From: Squalus acanthias
Taxonomy: Eukaryota
DNA length: 64,000 nt
Direction: 5' to 3'
Assembly: GCA_030390025.1 (NCBI GenBank)
Contig: JASTWF010000327.1
Coordinates: forward strand, 62,001-126,000
The stretch's first letter is position 1. Every line of letters begins with the position of its first letter. A program made the translations under genes and the position numbers. The notes below the pieces were generated by a model. The model saw only the letters and a program-made list of their open reading frames with translations, searched no databases and was not told the origin of the DNA. Positions 62,448 through 64,000 of the stretch are shown one piece after another.

Positions 62448-62550
62448 ACAGCGAATTCACACTGGGGAGAGGCCGTTCACCTGCTCCATGTGTGAGAAGG
62501 GATTTAATCGTTCATCCAACTTGCTGACACACCAGCGAGTTCACATGTGA
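62448..62550 (+). pseudogene. Single terminal finger of a truncated ZNF cassette, with conserved 3' flank to about 63075
   Basis: [32 protein letters not shown]. Confidence 0.8.
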
Positions 62551-63089
62551 CTGCAGGGGTTGGATTCTGCTCTTAATCACATCCAGGACTGAACCATGTT
62601 CATTCTGACAGTTGGGGTTTGTTTCTGCTGATGTTAATAACCCCAATAACTGGGCTGGAGTTTAATATTCTGGATATATAGCTGATTGACTTGTCGGGGC
62701 TGCAGTGTTCGTTTAAGAACCGCTGTCTGATCTTTCCCCTTTAATTCAGGGACTCTCATCAGAAATTATTTTACAATAAAATTATGAACTTTTATTTCAA
62801 TCCTAAATTGATCTTTGGGACAAAATCTAGAATTCAGTGTCTGAAAGGTTCCGCTGATTAACATCTCCAATTAGAAAGTGCTGATTAATCCTCGCTGACA
62901 ATTCTTACTGACTTGCACATTACACACAGTGGCACCTCCATTATCCACCAGAAAGAAGGGGAATGGGAATTGGTGGAGAATCGAGAGTCCCCAAATGTTG
63001 CCCCTCCCGTCTGGTACAGCAATCCCCTCGGCACGGGAATGGAGACAAGTCCAGTTATAGTAACGGGATGAGTTAAAGGTATTTACTCA

Positions 63090-63252
63090 GACGGGCGGAA
63101 GGTGGGAAGTGGTGTTCCACGGGGATCGGTGCTGGGACCACTGTTGTTCACCATTTACATGAATGATTTGGACTCGGGAATCAGAGGTACAATTTCAAAA
63201 TTTGCTGATGACACTAAATTGGGGGGTGTAGTTAATACTGAGGAAGACTGCG
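63090..63252 (+). mobile_element. CR1 RT fragment
   Basis: SGVPRGSVLGP...FADDTKLGG. Confidence 0.8.
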
Positions 63253-64000
63253 ATAGCATCCTTGTAGAATTATTCAGTTGTGTTCAGTAAATAGCAGCAT
63301 CTTTTAATTTGCTTTAACTGATCACATCACTATATAGTTATGTGAAAAACAAAAATCATTAACAGCTCCTAATTTCAGAATTGCCAGATTCAAACTCCAC
63401 TTCTTCCAAGTACAATCTAACATTTCAAAAATTGTAATGGATGTAGGCGAGATATTCGGACTGTTGTCTAACACAATCCAAACACAGTGACACACAGACA
63501 GATGGGCAGGTGTAGCTTCACAGCGAATCCTTTCAAGCCTCACTAAAAAGTGGCAGACTGGCAATCCATTGTTCACTAATGGAGTTGTGATCTTTGTAAA
63601 TTAAGAAAGGAAATGCATGGGAATGTGTCAAAGAGTTGATTAACAGACTGAGGCATCATCTCCCTTTGATTTCTATTTCTGACACCAGGCAACAGAAAAA
63701 GGTCATTACAACACGACATAAACAGACTCTTCAGGTGTGAGACATCAGACTTCAGAACAACACGTCTGCCAGCTCTGGCCACAAACCTCAGTACAGTCAA
63801 CCTTTCAGCAGCTGCAGCCCTGATTAAATAACTAGTAGTTTAACATGTCTAGTAGAGCTTTTGTATTTCTATTCAAAATAGAAAAAATCTATTTCTGACA
63901 CACACAAAGGTCGCTACAAACTTCCCTTAACTCCAACCCTCTGATTTCTGTTTTGTAGCCAGCTTTCCATCCATTCTGCTGCCTGGCCCTTCACTCCACA

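Overview
Eukaryotic, vertebrate DNA. The repeat families suggest a cartilaginous fish such as a shark; this is recognition only, not verified. The window is a cluster of KRAB-less, apparently two-exon C2H2 zinc-finger cassettes (about 11 copies or fragments; 3 intact ATG ORFs and 1 intact ACG-start ORF). They are embedded in CR1 LINEs, Penelope (GIY-YIG) elements, an RTE fragment, SINEs, several minisatellites and an LTR retrovirus-like family. Each ZNF cassette has a constant part and a variable part: a near-identical leader of dead fingers with two fixed in-frame TGAs, a new Kozak ATG/ACG start made from the TGEKP linker, an array of exactly n x 28 codons, and a constant tail. Two duplicated blocks (about 5.8-16.6 kb and 30.4-47.9 kb) each carry a head-to-head ZNF pair on a palindromic bidirectional promoter, and that promoter+intron segment is flipped between the blocks. 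The left end holds an ERV-like family with a tRNA-Ser PBS and an env with paramyxovirus-F-like topology (lokiretrovirus-like), with a related solo LTR at 36.3 kb.
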